DNA of 64,000 bases from an uncultured bacterium (GTDB lineage: Bacteria > UBP4 > UBA4092), in assembly GCA_964644695.1 (NCBI GenBank), contig CAZXWN010000001.1, positions 118,869 to 182,868 of the forward strand. The letters are read 5' to 3'. Shown here piece by piece: positions 37,708 through 46,641 of this stretch. The first letter of the stretch is position 1. Every line of letters starts with the position of its first letter. Position numbers and translations under genes: made by a program. A model generated the notes under the pieces. It was not told where the DNA came from. It worked only from the letters and a program-made list of their open reading frames with translations, and did not search any database.

Positions 37708-39096
37708 ATGAAATGTCTTGTTTATTTAGGAGAACATGATACAGCCTGGGCATATCCGTATTTCAAGAAACTTCATCCGGCTATGCTCAATATTTTGAAT
37801 CGTCCTTATATTGATCATTTGTTGGATTTTTTGTGGGGTAATGGGTGTCAGGAAGTTCGGCTTATTTTAGCTAAACCCTCTCCCATGTTAGAAACTCGTT
37901 TATTCGATAGTCATTCCCATAAACTTAAATTAAGTTTTGGATTAGCACAGCCTGAGGATGACTTAGATCATATTTTTCTGAAAAATTGGTCTTTTTGTAA
38001 AGACACAAAATTATTAGTCATTAAAGGCTTTCCCTATTTAGCGGGTACCTTCGAGAGTCTGCTTGAATCAAATAAAGAGTGGGTAATCACAGAAGGTAAA
38101 ACTCGTATTTATTTCATTAACTCCCCCAATACTACTGCAGTCAATTTTAACCGTATCGAAACTGTATTTGTACCCGAGTCTTTAATTGTTTATTCAATTG
38201 ATTCACTGAAAAATTATTATGATTTATGCATGACCCGGTTATCTCTTCTTTTGAATGTGGAATCGAAAAAAGGGGTGTTGAAAGGAATTCAGGTTAATAT
38301 ACCCAAAAACAGTCGATTGGTTGCTCCCACTCTTTTAGGAAATCATTTGTATTTACATAAGATGACACTTATTGGTCCAAATGTTGTGATTGGAAGACAT
38401 GTGAGAATTGATTCGGGTACGAGCATCAAAAACAGTATTGTTTTTAATGATACCTATATTGGTCAGGATTTAGAAGTTAAGAATAAAATTGTTTTTCGGG
38501 ATAGGCTGATTGATCCCATATCCGGAGACATAGTCCACTTAGTTGATTCACGATTAATTGCACGATTGGAAGTTGAAAAAAAACACATCATTCGTCGGAG
38601 ACTTTTCCATATATTTTGGGGAGTGGTCTGGGGAATTGTATGGCTGATTCCGATGCTCCTTATTCATTCCGTATATATATTCTCAAAGAAACAGAACCCG
38701 AAAGAGTCCTTTTATGTAGACCATAACAGGACTCGTATGCTATTTCCAAAGTCTCTCGTAGAACCTGATTCCGGGATAGAGAAGATTTATTATCGTCTAT
38801 CGGGTGACAAATATAGATTGTTACCTGCTGTGCTAAAAGGACATATTGCGTTGGTGGGGCACCAGATGTTAAACATTAATCCAGAAAATTCACGTTATCT
38901 GGATGAACTCCCTTTTTATATCCCTGGAATATTCAGTCTTCCTGAAGCAAACGGTGTATTTGGTCAGAAAGAGCAGGCAGTGGTTGATGAGTTATATTAT
39001 AGTCGTCATTTTTCAGCCGGGCTTGACATGAAAATATTAGTAAAACAGTTGTTACGTCGTTTGTTTGTACCGTGGTCAAATGTTGAGGAGGATTAA
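37708..39096 (+). CDS. Fusion of a degenerate sugar-nucleotidyltransferase-like domain, a left-handed beta-helix, a reentrant/TM segment and a PglC/WbaP-type polyprenyl-phosphate phosphoglycosyl-transferase (Bac_transf) domain with altered catalytic residues
   Basis: N-terminus KKLHPAMLNILNRPYIDHLLDFL..GCQEVRLI aligns with NTP_transferase, but the GGxGTRL loop is replaced (GEHDTAWAYPYF). Hexapeptide repeats at 210-265. Hydrophobic reentrant segment RRRLFHIFWGVVWGIVWLIPMLLI. C-terminus LSGDKYRLLPAVLKGHIALVGHQ aligns with PglC [23 protein letters not shown], and IPGIF/DMKIL with PGITG/DLKI. Asp-Glu becomes Asp-Lys, and PRP becomes HQM. Confidence 0.55.
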   Translation: MKCLVYLGEHDTAWAYPYFKKLHPAMLNILNRPYIDHLLDFLWGNGCQEVRLILAKPSPMLETRLFDSHSHKLKLSFGLAQPEDDLDHIFLKNWSFCKDTKLLVIKGFPYLAGTFESLLESNKEWVITEGKTRIYFINSPNTTAVNFNRIETVFVPESLIVYSIDSLKNYYDLCMTRLSLLLNVESKKGVLKGIQVNIPKNSRLVAPTLLGNHLYLHKMTLIGPNVVIGRHVRIDSGTSIKNSIVFNDTYIGQDLEVKNKIVFRDRLIDPISGDIVHLVDSRLIARLEVEKKHIIRRRLFHIFWGVVWGIVWLIPMLLIHSVYIFSKKQNPKESFYVDHNRTRMLFPKSLVEPDSGIEKIYYRLSGDKYRLLPAVLKGHIALVGHQMLNINPENSRYLDELPFYIPGIFSLPEANGVFGQKEQAVVDELYYSRHFSAGLDMKILVKQLLRRLFVPWSNVEED

Positions 39097-40022
39097 TGCG
39101 ACCTATTCATCCACAGCGGAAACTGCTTGAGATATCAGCTTTTGCTCATATCTTGCGATGGGGTGGAAAGAAAAGGTTTCACTTTGAAAACATAACTTCA
39201 ATGATGCCAATATTAGACAATATTTTGAAGTTGACGGGATTGCATAAGATTGGTGAACGAAATGCGTTGGATGTGATCATCAAAAGAACAGAGATTTCTC
39301 TCAATGATTTACCCGTGGAACTCGATGGAATATCCTTTGTTTTAATCAGTGACTTACACATTGATGGAATGCCAGATAGGCTGATTGAAAAGATACTCTC
39401 AGAATTAAACAACATTTCTTATGACTATTGCTTATTGGGGGGAGATTACCGATTTCGAGTTAGGGGGAGCCCTTTGTTGGCCATCGCTCGCATGAAGGAT
39501 TTGGTCCGTGAATTAAGAAAAAGAACCCCGGTTCTGGGAATATTGGGAAATCATGATGAGTATTATATTGCTGATGAATTAGCCAAACAAGGTGCTGAGA
39601 TGCTCATGAATGAACATGTTCAGCTTTCAAAAGGTGGTAAATCTATTTATCTGGTAGGTCTGGACGATGCTCATTATTATGAGGCGCATGATTTTGAACA
39701 GGCAGAAAATGGAATCCCTGAAGATGGATTTAAACTGCTTTTGTGTCACTCTCCTGAACTTTACAAAGAGGCTTGGAAACGAGGATATCGTTTATATATG
39801 GCGGGACATACTCATGGAGGACAAATTTGTCTTCCTTGGGGAATAGCGGTTGTCCAGAATGCTCGAGTGCCCATGGCAATGGGAAATGGTCTGTGGAGTT
39901 ATAAATCACTACAAGGATATACAACTCCCGGAGCCGGATCTTCAGGTATTCCAGTACGTTTTAATTGCCCACCCGAAATAAGTCTGCTTATTTTGCGGAG
40001 AAAAACTCCATCCATTCAATGA
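39096..40022 (+). CDS. Calcineurin-like metallophosphoesterase (YkuE/MPP family)
   Basis: The start overlaps the upstream stop by 1 nt. MPP motifs DLHID, GGDY, GNHDE, GHTHGGQ. 308 aa. Confidence 0.7.
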   Translation: MRPIHPQRKLLEISAFAHILRWGGKKRFHFENITSMMPILDNILKLTGLHKIGERNALDVIIKRTEISLNDLPVELDGISFVLISDLHIDGMPDRLIEKILSELNNISYDYCLLGGDYRFRVRGSPLLAIARMKDLVRELRKRTPVLGILGNHDEYYIADELAKQGAEMLMNEHVQLSKGGKSIYLVGLDDAHYYEAHDFEQAENGIPEDGFKLLLCHSPELYKEAWKRGYRLYMAGHTHGGQICLPWGIAVVQNARVPMAMGNGLWSYKSLQGYTTPGAGSSGIPVRFNCPPEISLLILRRKTPSIQ

Positions 40023-40074
40023 TTGAAGGAGTATCGAACAAGATCGATCTTGTTCGATACTATTTCGAAACAGA
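40021..40074. repeat. Family-1 palindromic intergenic repeat, copy 2 (intact)
   Basis: GATTGAAGGAGTATCGAACAAGATCGATCTTGTTCGATACTATTTCGAAACA contains the perfect 26-bp palindrome ATCGAACAAGATC|GATCTTGTTCGAT. It sits between convergent genes and overlaps their stop codons. Confidence 0.6.
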
Positions 40075-40722
40075 CTGGCAGTCGGTAATCTCTTCATCTG
40101 TAATAAGATAGTGTGTTTTTTTGTCCCATATTTCACGCGGAATCGTATCGAGGACTTGAAATTGGAAGGCCAGGGCGATCCGGGGAATGGATGCCGGTAC
40201 TTTTTTCAAGAAATTATCATAATACCCACCCCCGAATCCTATTCGGTGCCCGTGTCGATCAAAAGCAACACCGGGCATGATTATCAGGTCCAGTTCAGAA
40301 GGGGGTATATATCGATAAAAATCGGGATGGGGCTCCATAACACCATATGTTGAACGATGTAATTCACAAGGAAACTTTTTTATTTCACTAAGGACAAGGT
40401 TTCTGCTGTACCTGTCGGTAATAGGAACAATCACTCTTTTTTCAGATTTCAGTGCTTTTTGGATTAAGAAATGAGTATCTACTTCACCCGGCAAAGAAAC
40501 ATAAAAGAGGATTGTGGTGGCTGATTGGTAATGTGAAGAATTTAGAAAATGAGTGTGTATTTTATGGTTAAAAGAAATCAGCTTATCAGGAGGGATGTTA
40601 CGGCGATAATACAACATCCGCTGTCTGATTTTCTTCTTTTCATGCTGTATTTCATCGGGGTCATTTATCATGTTAACTTTGTCCATTTTATCACAGTGAA
40701 TTTCTATGAAAATTGATGTCAA
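40060..40722 (-). CDS. 5-formyltetrahydrofolate cyclo-ligase
   Basis: LFYVSLPGEVDT, RVIVPI and PGVAFDRHGHRIGFGGGYYD are hallmark MTHFS motifs. The likely true start is Met-13 or Met-18 (about 40686). Confidence 0.7.
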   Translation of the reverse strand: MTSIFIEIHCDKMDKVNMINDPDEIQHEKKKIRQRMLYYRRNIPPDKLISFNHKIHTHFLNSSHYQSATTILFYVSLPGEVDTHFLIQKALKSEKRVIVPITDRYSRNLVLSEIKKFPCELHRSTYGVMEPHPDFYRYIPPSELDLIIMPGVAFDRHGHRIGFGGGYYDNFLKKVPASIPRIALAFQFQVLDTIPREIWDKKTHYLITDEEITDCQSVSK

Positions 40723-40747
40723 AACAATGATTGTGTCCGTTTTGACA
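40717..40747. promoter_or_regulatory. Perfect 9-bp inverted repeat TGTCAAAAC-N13-GTTTTGACA in the divergent region between the cyclo-ligase and ABC-transporter genes (operator-like)
   Basis: Seen directly in sequence. The 10-mer GTTTTGACAC also recurs in a second inverted repeat at 7665-7710. Confidence 0.4.
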
Positions 40748-40871
40748 CTAATGGTAAAATTTAACTCAAATGTCCGGGTATTGATACTATGATAAATAAA
40801 CTGATTGTAATAAAGATTAGCTATAACAATATAAAGAATCCTACAGAAAAGAAAAGGCAGGATGAAAAGTT

Positions 40872-41795
40872 ATGGATGTAATTCGTATTGAAAGCCTCAG
40901 TAAGTACTACAGGCACCCTTTAACCGGTCGTCGGGTTACAGCTCTGGAAGGATTAAGTCTGAATGTGAGTGAAGGTGAAACATTTGGATTTCTGGGCCCA
41001 AATGGAGCTGGAAAAACAACTACAATCAAAATGTTGTTGGGAATCGTTTTTCCCAGTGCTGGAAATGCATGGTTATTTGATAAACCACATACTGATATCT
41101 CAGTTAAAAAAGATATTGGATTTTTACCCGAGAATCCTTACTTCTATGATTACTTAAAAGGTGAAGAAATTCTCTATTTTATTGGTCAGCTATATGGGAT
41201 GAACAGTGTTGATCTGAAAAAGAGAGTTGACTACTTATTAGATAAAGTTGGATTGTCGCAGGCACGTCATCTACCATTACATAAATATTCCAAAGGGATG
41301 TTGCAGCGTATTGGTCTGGCTCAGGCTGTCATTCATAAACCCAAACTTGTTATTCTTGACGAACCTTTGACGGGTCTTGATCCTATTGGTCGTAAGGATA
41401 TAAGAGATTTTATTTTTACGTTGAAAGACGAGGGAAGTACGATCTTCTTCAGTACTCACATTCTTTCTGATGCCGAATTGATTTGTGATCGAGTTGCCAT
41501 TCTCAGTAAAGGAAAACTCGCAAAGATTGGCAAATTAACTGAATTATTAAGTCCCAAGGTAAAAGCCTATGACATTGTGATTAATAATTTATCTGTGGAT
41601 GGTATTACAACATTAAAGGACTTGTCTTCCCGTGTTGTAATTGAAGGTGCTCAGGTCGCCTCTATCGTTGATGATGAAACAAAGGTTGGAAGAGTCCTCG
41701 AACTAATTAATCGGGATAAAGCACAATTGGTTTCATTAGTTCCGCAAAAAGAATCTTTGGAAGAAATATTTATTCAGGAAGTGAAAGGGAAATAA
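40872..41795 (+). CDS. ABC transporter ATP-binding protein
   Basis: Walker A GPNGAGKTT, signature YSKGMLQR (LSGGQ-like), Walker B LVILDEP, and H-loop. Confidence 0.8.
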   Translation: MDVIRIESLSKYYRHPLTGRRVTALEGLSLNVSEGETFGFLGPNGAGKTTTIKMLLGIVFPSAGNAWLFDKPHTDISVKKDIGFLPENPYFYDYLKGEEILYFIGQLYGMNSVDLKKRVDYLLDKVGLSQARHLPLHKYSKGMLQRIGLAQAVIHKPKLVILDEPLTGLDPIGRKDIRDFIFTLKDEGSTIFFSTHILSDAELICDRVAILSKGKLAKIGKLTELLSPKVKAYDIVINNLSVDGITTLKDLSSRVVIEGAQVASIVDDETKVGRVLELINRDKAQLVSLVPQKESLEEIFIQEVKGK

Positions 41796-41798
41796 CCC

Positions 41799-42602
41799 AT
41801 GTTTGGACGGATTAAAGCTATTGCGATGAATACTTTCCGTGAAGCCATCCGGAATAAAATCCTTTATATTTTATTGGCATTTGCCATGGTGCTGATTGTT
41901 TTTTCTGTAGTGATGAGTGCGCTCAGTATCGGTCAAGAAGAACGTATTATTAAGGATGTGGGACTTTCTGCTATTTCCATTTTTGGTGTTCTGATTGCGA
42001 TAATGGTGGGTATTGGACTTATCTACAATGAATTAGATAAACGAACAATTTATATTATCGTGAGTAAACCCATTCATCGATTTGAGTTTGTACTCGGTAA
42101 GTTTTTTGGTCTGGTTTTTACGATTGTTGTAAATGTTTTAATTATGACAGCGGTATTTTTCGGATTGTTGCTAATCCAGAAATTTTCAATTACGCCTATG
42201 ATGGTGAAAGCTATTGGAATGACCATTTTTGAACTGACTGTTGTCACCGCTTTGGCTACGCTGTTTTCATCTTTCAGTACTCCCATCCTCTCAGCGGTCT
42301 ATACTTTTATGCTTTATATTGCAGGGACTATGACGGATGACTTGATACGGTTTGCAAAAAAAGTAATGGAAGTAGGACCCGATCAAACGGCGCCATCTTT
42401 TATTAGTGTGGTCATGTCAAAAACTGCCATTGTGATTAGCTGGATACTGCCTCAATTAAACCAGTTTAATATTCGCAATGAAGCTGTGAATCTTCAACCC
42501 GTAACCGTCAGTATGGGATGGAGTATTCTCTATGGTCTTTTATATACGGCGTGTATTCTTTTTATTGCGTCAGTCTGTTTTTCTAAACGGAACTTTAAAT
42601 AA
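41799..42602 (+). CDS. ABC-2 family transporter permease
   Basis: Six predicted TM helices. 267 aa. Sits immediately downstream of the ATPase. Confidence 0.6.
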   Translation: MFGRIKAIAMNTFREAIRNKILYILLAFAMVLIVFSVVMSALSIGQEERIIKDVGLSAISIFGVLIAIMVGIGLIYNELDKRTIYIIVSKPIHRFEFVLGKFFGLVFTIVVNVLIMTAVFFGLLLIQKFSITPMMVKAIGMTIFELTVVTALATLFSSFSTPILSAVYTFMLYIAGTMTDDLIRFAKKVMEVGPDQTAPSFISVVMSKTAIVISWILPQLNQFNIRNEAVNLQPVTVSMGWSILYGLLYTACILFIASVCFSKRNFK

Positions 42603-42627
42603 ACCAAAACCAGGGAAACCTTAATCT

Positions 42628-43536
42628 ATGAAATTACGAAATATGAAACAATTCGTGAGCCTGGTGCTGGTCTTTATCCTTCTTGCAGGAGCCACTCACT
42701 GGGTTCATACAAAAATACGTCCGCATGATTTAGATAAAGTTCCACCTCCGCAGGATGTTCTTTATTTACCAAAGGGTGAATACGTCCGAGTCATTTCTCT
42801 AGGATTTGATAGCCTCTGGGCTGATGTTTTATGGCTTCGGACTCTCCAATATTTTGGAGGGCATTATATGGGTGATAAAGAATACCGACTAATGGATCGT
42901 TTGATTGAAGTCATCACCACATTGGATCCCTCTTTTGCGGATGTTTACAGTTTTGGAGCGATGGTTCTTTCTGAAGAAATGAAACGTACGGATTTAGCAG
43001 ATTCATTTTTGGACAAAGGAATTAAAAATAACCCCAAGAATTGGCGATTAGCATACGAACGAGGATTTCTATGGTTCGAGGCTATGCGAGTTACTGAGGA
43101 CACTACAAAACGGAAGCAATTAGCTGATAGAGCTATCAGTGCTTATGCCACAGCAACGACTCGTCCTGACTGTCCGGAGTTTGTCAGTCGTATTATTTAT
43201 TATATGTACGACCAAAAAGGTGAGGAAAGTGTTGCGCGGAATCTATGGACATTAGCACGAGATGAAGCGATATCCAAAGGTGATCAATATACAGCTGCGA
43301 TTGCACAGGATAAGTTATATTTAATGGACTTTAAAAAGGCCGCAGTCCCTGCTCAAAAAGCTGTTATTGCTTACTATGAGAAGAATAAGAAAATGCCTCC
43401 AGACCTCCAAACTTTGGTCAGTATGGGATTAATACCCAGAATTCCCATTGATCCTGTAAATGGAAAGCCCTTGAGTTATGATAAGCGAACAGGTCGTGTT
43501 TTTAGTAAAGAAAAACCACAATTTTATGCCTTATAA
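42628..43536 (+). CDS. Hypothetical N-terminally anchored or exported helical-repeat (TPR-like) protein
   Basis: Signal or anchor sequence VSLVLVFILLAGA, a helical-repeat body, and a C-terminal segment IPIDPVNGKPLSYDKRTG. 302 aa. Confidence 0.4.
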   Translation: MKLRNMKQFVSLVLVFILLAGATHWVHTKIRPHDLDKVPPPQDVLYLPKGEYVRVISLGFDSLWADVLWLRTLQYFGGHYMGDKEYRLMDRLIEVITTLDPSFADVYSFGAMVLSEEMKRTDLADSFLDKGIKNNPKNWRLAYERGFLWFEAMRVTEDTTKRKQLADRAISAYATATTRPDCPEFVSRIIYYMYDQKGEESVARNLWTLARDEAISKGDQYTAAIAQDKLYLMDFKKAAVPAQKAVIAYYEKNKKMPPDLQTLVSMGLIPRIPIDPVNGKPLSYDKRTGRVFSKEKPQFYAL

Positions 43537-43544
43537 GGACTCCT

Positions 43545-44960
43545 GTGCAAAAGGCCCATTTACTAATAGTCGATGATGAAAAAAATATCATTTCATCGTT
43601 AACACGTCCTCTTACCCGTGAAGGTTATAATATTCGGTCTGCATTAACCGGGCAGGAAGCTTTGGATATTCTTCAAAGAGCTGAGGATGGAACTGAAGAA
43701 GATATTGATATTTTGTTAGTCGATGTTTGGTTGCCTGACATTGATGGTTTACAAGTACTCCAGAAGGCCAAAGAGATTAGTCCGGACATTATACCAATTG
43801 TCATGTCAGGGCATGCCAGCATTGATACGGCTGTAAAGGCTACCAAGTTGGGCGCTTTCGATTTCATGGAGAAACCTCTCAATTTAGATAAAGTGTTACT
43901 TCTGATTGAGCATGCACTTAAATATCGAAGATTAGAGGAAGCTAACAGAGGGTTCCGTCAAGCTATTGAACAGGAATACCAGATTATTGGACAGAGCCAA
44001 CAGGTTCTCGACATGATAGAACGGATTTCCATTGTAGCAGCGACTCCGGGACGTGTCCTCATCGCCGGTGAAAATGGAACTGGAAAAGAATTGGTGGCGC
44101 GTGCTATTCATGCTAACAGTAATCGCCAGGAAGGTCCTTTTATTAAAGTGAATTGTGCAGCCATACCTAATGAACTGATTGAAAGTGAGCTTTTTGGCCA
44201 TGAAAAGGGTTCCTTTACGGGGGCGCATGAAAGAAAAAAAGGTAAGTTTGAGTTGGCTAATGAAGGGACTATTTTCCTGGATGAAATTGGGGATATGAGT
44301 TTACCCACACAAGCAAAGATTCTCCGGGTATTGACTGATAATGAAATAGACAGGGTAGGGGGGACAAGACCTATTCGAGTTGATGTTAGGGTCATTGCCG
44401 CTTCTAACAAAAATCTTGAGGAAGAGATAAAAAAGGGAAACTTCCGAGAAGATTTGTATTATCGCTTAAATGTAATTCCTTTCATGGTACCCCCATTACG
44501 AGAACGTCGTGAAGATATTCCCTTATTAGCGGGGCACTTTCTAAAACTCTATTGCCGTGAGACGCAGACCAAAGCGAGAAAATTTGACACCTCAGCTTAC
44601 AGGGTATTGATGAATTACGCCTGGCCTGGTAATGTACGAGAGCTGAAAAACATTGTTGAGCGTGTGGCAATCCTGACCCGTTCTGATGTGATTGGGGAAC
44701 GTGAAATCTCTAGTGTTTTGCCTCCCTCGGCAGTGATGACACAATCTTCAGTAAATAATACAAATCATGATATTTCCTGTTTTCCAGAAAAAAGCCTCAA
44801 AGAGCTTTGTGAAGAATATGAGAAAAAAGTTATTGTATCAGCATTGAAGGCTCATGATGGGAATGTCAGTAGAACTGCTGAGGTTCTGGATTTGGAACGT
44901 AGTCACCTTTATAAGAAATTGAGGCAATATAATATAAGCAAAGCATCTGATGCCGAATAA
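43545..44960 (+). CDS. Sigma-54-dependent response regulator (NtrC/Fis family: receiver, AAA+ domain and Fis HTH)
   Basis: Receiver (LLVDVWLPDIDG), Walker A GENGTGKE, GAFTGA-type GSFTGA motif, Walker B FLDEIGD, and a C-terminal HTH. Confidence 0.8.
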   Translation: MQKAHLLIVDDEKNIISSLTRPLTREGYNIRSALTGQEALDILQRAEDGTEEDIDILLVDVWLPDIDGLQVLQKAKEISPDIIPIVMSGHASIDTAVKATKLGAFDFMEKPLNLDKVLLLIEHALKYRRLEEANRGFRQAIEQEYQIIGQSQQVLDMIERISIVAATPGRVLIAGENGTGKELVARAIHANSNRQEGPFIKVNCAAIPNELIESELFGHEKGSFTGAHERKKGKFELANEGTIFLDEIGDMSLPTQAKILRVLTDNEIDRVGGTRPIRVDVRVIAASNKNLEEEIKKGNFREDLYYRLNVIPFMVPPLRERREDIPLLAGHFLKLYCRETQTKARKFDTSAYRVLMNYAWPGNVRELKNIVERVAILTRSDVIGEREISSVLPPSAVMTQSSVNNTNHDISCFPEKSLKELCEEYEKKVIVSALKAHDGNVSRTAEVLDLERSHLYKKLRQYNISKASDAE

Positions 44961-44998
44961 AAAAGAGGCCCATCAAACGATGGGCCTCTTTTCTTTTA
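44958..44998. terminator. Bidirectional intrinsic terminator
   Basis: 10-bp stem agaggcccat / atgggcctct, 6-nt loop, flanked by an A-run and TTTTCTTTT. Confidence 0.65.
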
Positions 44999-45003
44999 TA
45001 AAC

Positions 45004-46641
45004 TTAATTCTTTAATAGCTGGTCTCTAATTAATTGGATAGGTAAACTTCCAAACGAAAGCAGTCGATCATGGAATTCCTTCAGATTGAATTGCTCACCT
45101 CTAACCTTCTTGTATTCATTTCTCAAATCTAATATGGCCAGTTTTCCTGCCAGGTAGCTCATAGGTTGGGTTGGACTTTGAGAATATCGCTTCACTTCTG
45201 AAATAGCGTTTTCTTTTTCCAATAATGCCGTCTCAACTAACATCTTGACAGCATCATCAATAGTCATCTCTCCTGTGTGTAACTGTACATCAATTACTAC
45301 GCGACATGCACGCCAAAGAATATCTTTTAATTGGAGAAGCCGGGTTTTGGGATCAGTATAAAATCCCTGTTCCCACATTAGTTCCTCACAATACAAAGCC
45401 CATCCCTCAATAAAAACATTTGTTCCAAGTATGCGCCTTATCAAAGAGGAATTTTTGTTTGCATGTGAAAATTGTAAATGATGTCCAGGATAACCTTCAT
45501 GGGCTGCTGTAATGGGAATGCTGAAATTTGAATGTCCCTTTAACTGTTCTTCCTGTTGTTCCGGGGAAAGTTGAGTATTAACGGGTGTGACCCAGAAAAG
45601 CCCTTCCTGACGGTCTTCAAAAGGTGCTGGAGGCAAATAAGCCGCATAAGGAATGGTATGTCTTTCAAATGCTGGAGTTTCGGTGACAGATAATGTTTGA
45701 TTTTCTGGAATACTAACTAATTCTTTTCGTTGAATAAACTCAAGACATTCTTCCATTTGATTTTTATAAGTATTAATGAGCTCAATTGACTCTGGATGCT
45801 CAGTTTTACATTCTTTAACGAGAGTTTTCCAACTTACGGTTGAGTTAATGAGCCGTCCTATTTTATAAAGCTTTTCTTGTGTTTCTTGTATTTGTTCATT
45901 ACCCAACTCAAGTAGCTTTTCTGTGGTGTAGGGCAACATATGTTCTTTATCTAACAATAATTGAAATAATGTTTGACCCAATGCAAAGCGGCCATCTGAC
46001 CGAGGTAGTAATTCTTCTTTCAGAAAGGTCAGGTATTGTTCAAAAGCAACTACAGCTTCATTACAGGCAATGATAAGTTCATCTTTTAATTCGGGTGTTT
46101 TCACAGCAAAGTTTGGCACAGCCTGTTGGAAAAACTGTAGTCCGCTTTCAGTTATTTCGATCCCCATTTCTGTCCATACTTGAGGAATATTTGTGCCCTG
46201 ACTAAGATTGTCTTTGCCTTCCTGCATTAATCGTGGCAATTTTTTTAAACGTGCGAGCAGATTCCGAGACCTTTCTTCAATGGGAGCAAAGTCTCTAATC
46301 ATTAGTATGAAACAACCGGATAAGGCTATTTGTGGATAAACTGTAGCATCTCTGAGTATTTTCTGATGATTCTTTGTAAACTCTATATCAACATAAAGAT
46401 TGTTTTTTAGAAGAGCCAGGTCTATCTGTTCATCATTACCAAGATCGTATTGATTCAGTGCTTCCTGCAATCTGTTGTAAAAAGATTCTTTGATTGATAA
46501 AGATTTTTGCCGGGATTCCTTGTCATATAAATCAATTTCTGAATCGAATTTATGAATGCCCATAAATGTGGCGCTTATGGGACTGTCTTGCCAGAAGAAG
46601 TCTAATATTTCATTTATAAGCGATTGATTTTTATAATCCAT
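45004..46641 (-). CDS. DUF885 family protein (putative metallopeptidase-like)
   Basis: The HEGYPGHHLQ motif (HExxPGHH) is characteristic of DUF885. 545 aa. Confidence 0.55.
   Translation of the reverse strand: MDYKNQSLINEILDFFWQDSPISATFMGIHKFDSEIDLYDKESRQKSLSIKESFYNRLQEALNQYDLGNDEQIDLALLKNNLYVDIEFTKNHQKILRDATVYPQIALSGCFILMIRDFAPIEERSRNLLARLKKLPRLMQEGKDNLSQGTNIPQVWTEMGIEITESGLQFFQQAVPNFAVKTPELKDELIIACNEAVVAFEQYLTFLKEELLPRSDGRFALGQTLFQLLLDKEHMLPYTTEKLLELGNEQIQETQEKLYKIGRLINSTVSWKTLVKECKTEHPESIELINTYKNQMEECLEFIQRKELVSIPENQTLSVTETPAFERHTIPYAAYLPPAPFEDRQEGLFWVTPVNTQLSPEQQEEQLKGHSNFSIPITAAHEGYPGHHLQFSHANKNSSLIRRILGTNVFIEGWALYCEELMWEQGFYTDPKTRLLQLKDILWRACRVVIDVQLHTGEMTIDDAVKMLVETALLEKENAISEVKRYSQSPTQPMSYLAGKLAILDLRNEYKKVRGEQFNLKEFHDRLLSFGSLPIQLIRDQLLKN

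Noticed and set aside
39730-39924. Short antisense ORFs within the metallophosphoesterase gene, and ORFs 40111-40353 and 41277-41459 within neighbouring genes
   Set aside because: They overlap genes with clear domain motifs, and their codon usage and composition are unremarkable. They are treated as noise.
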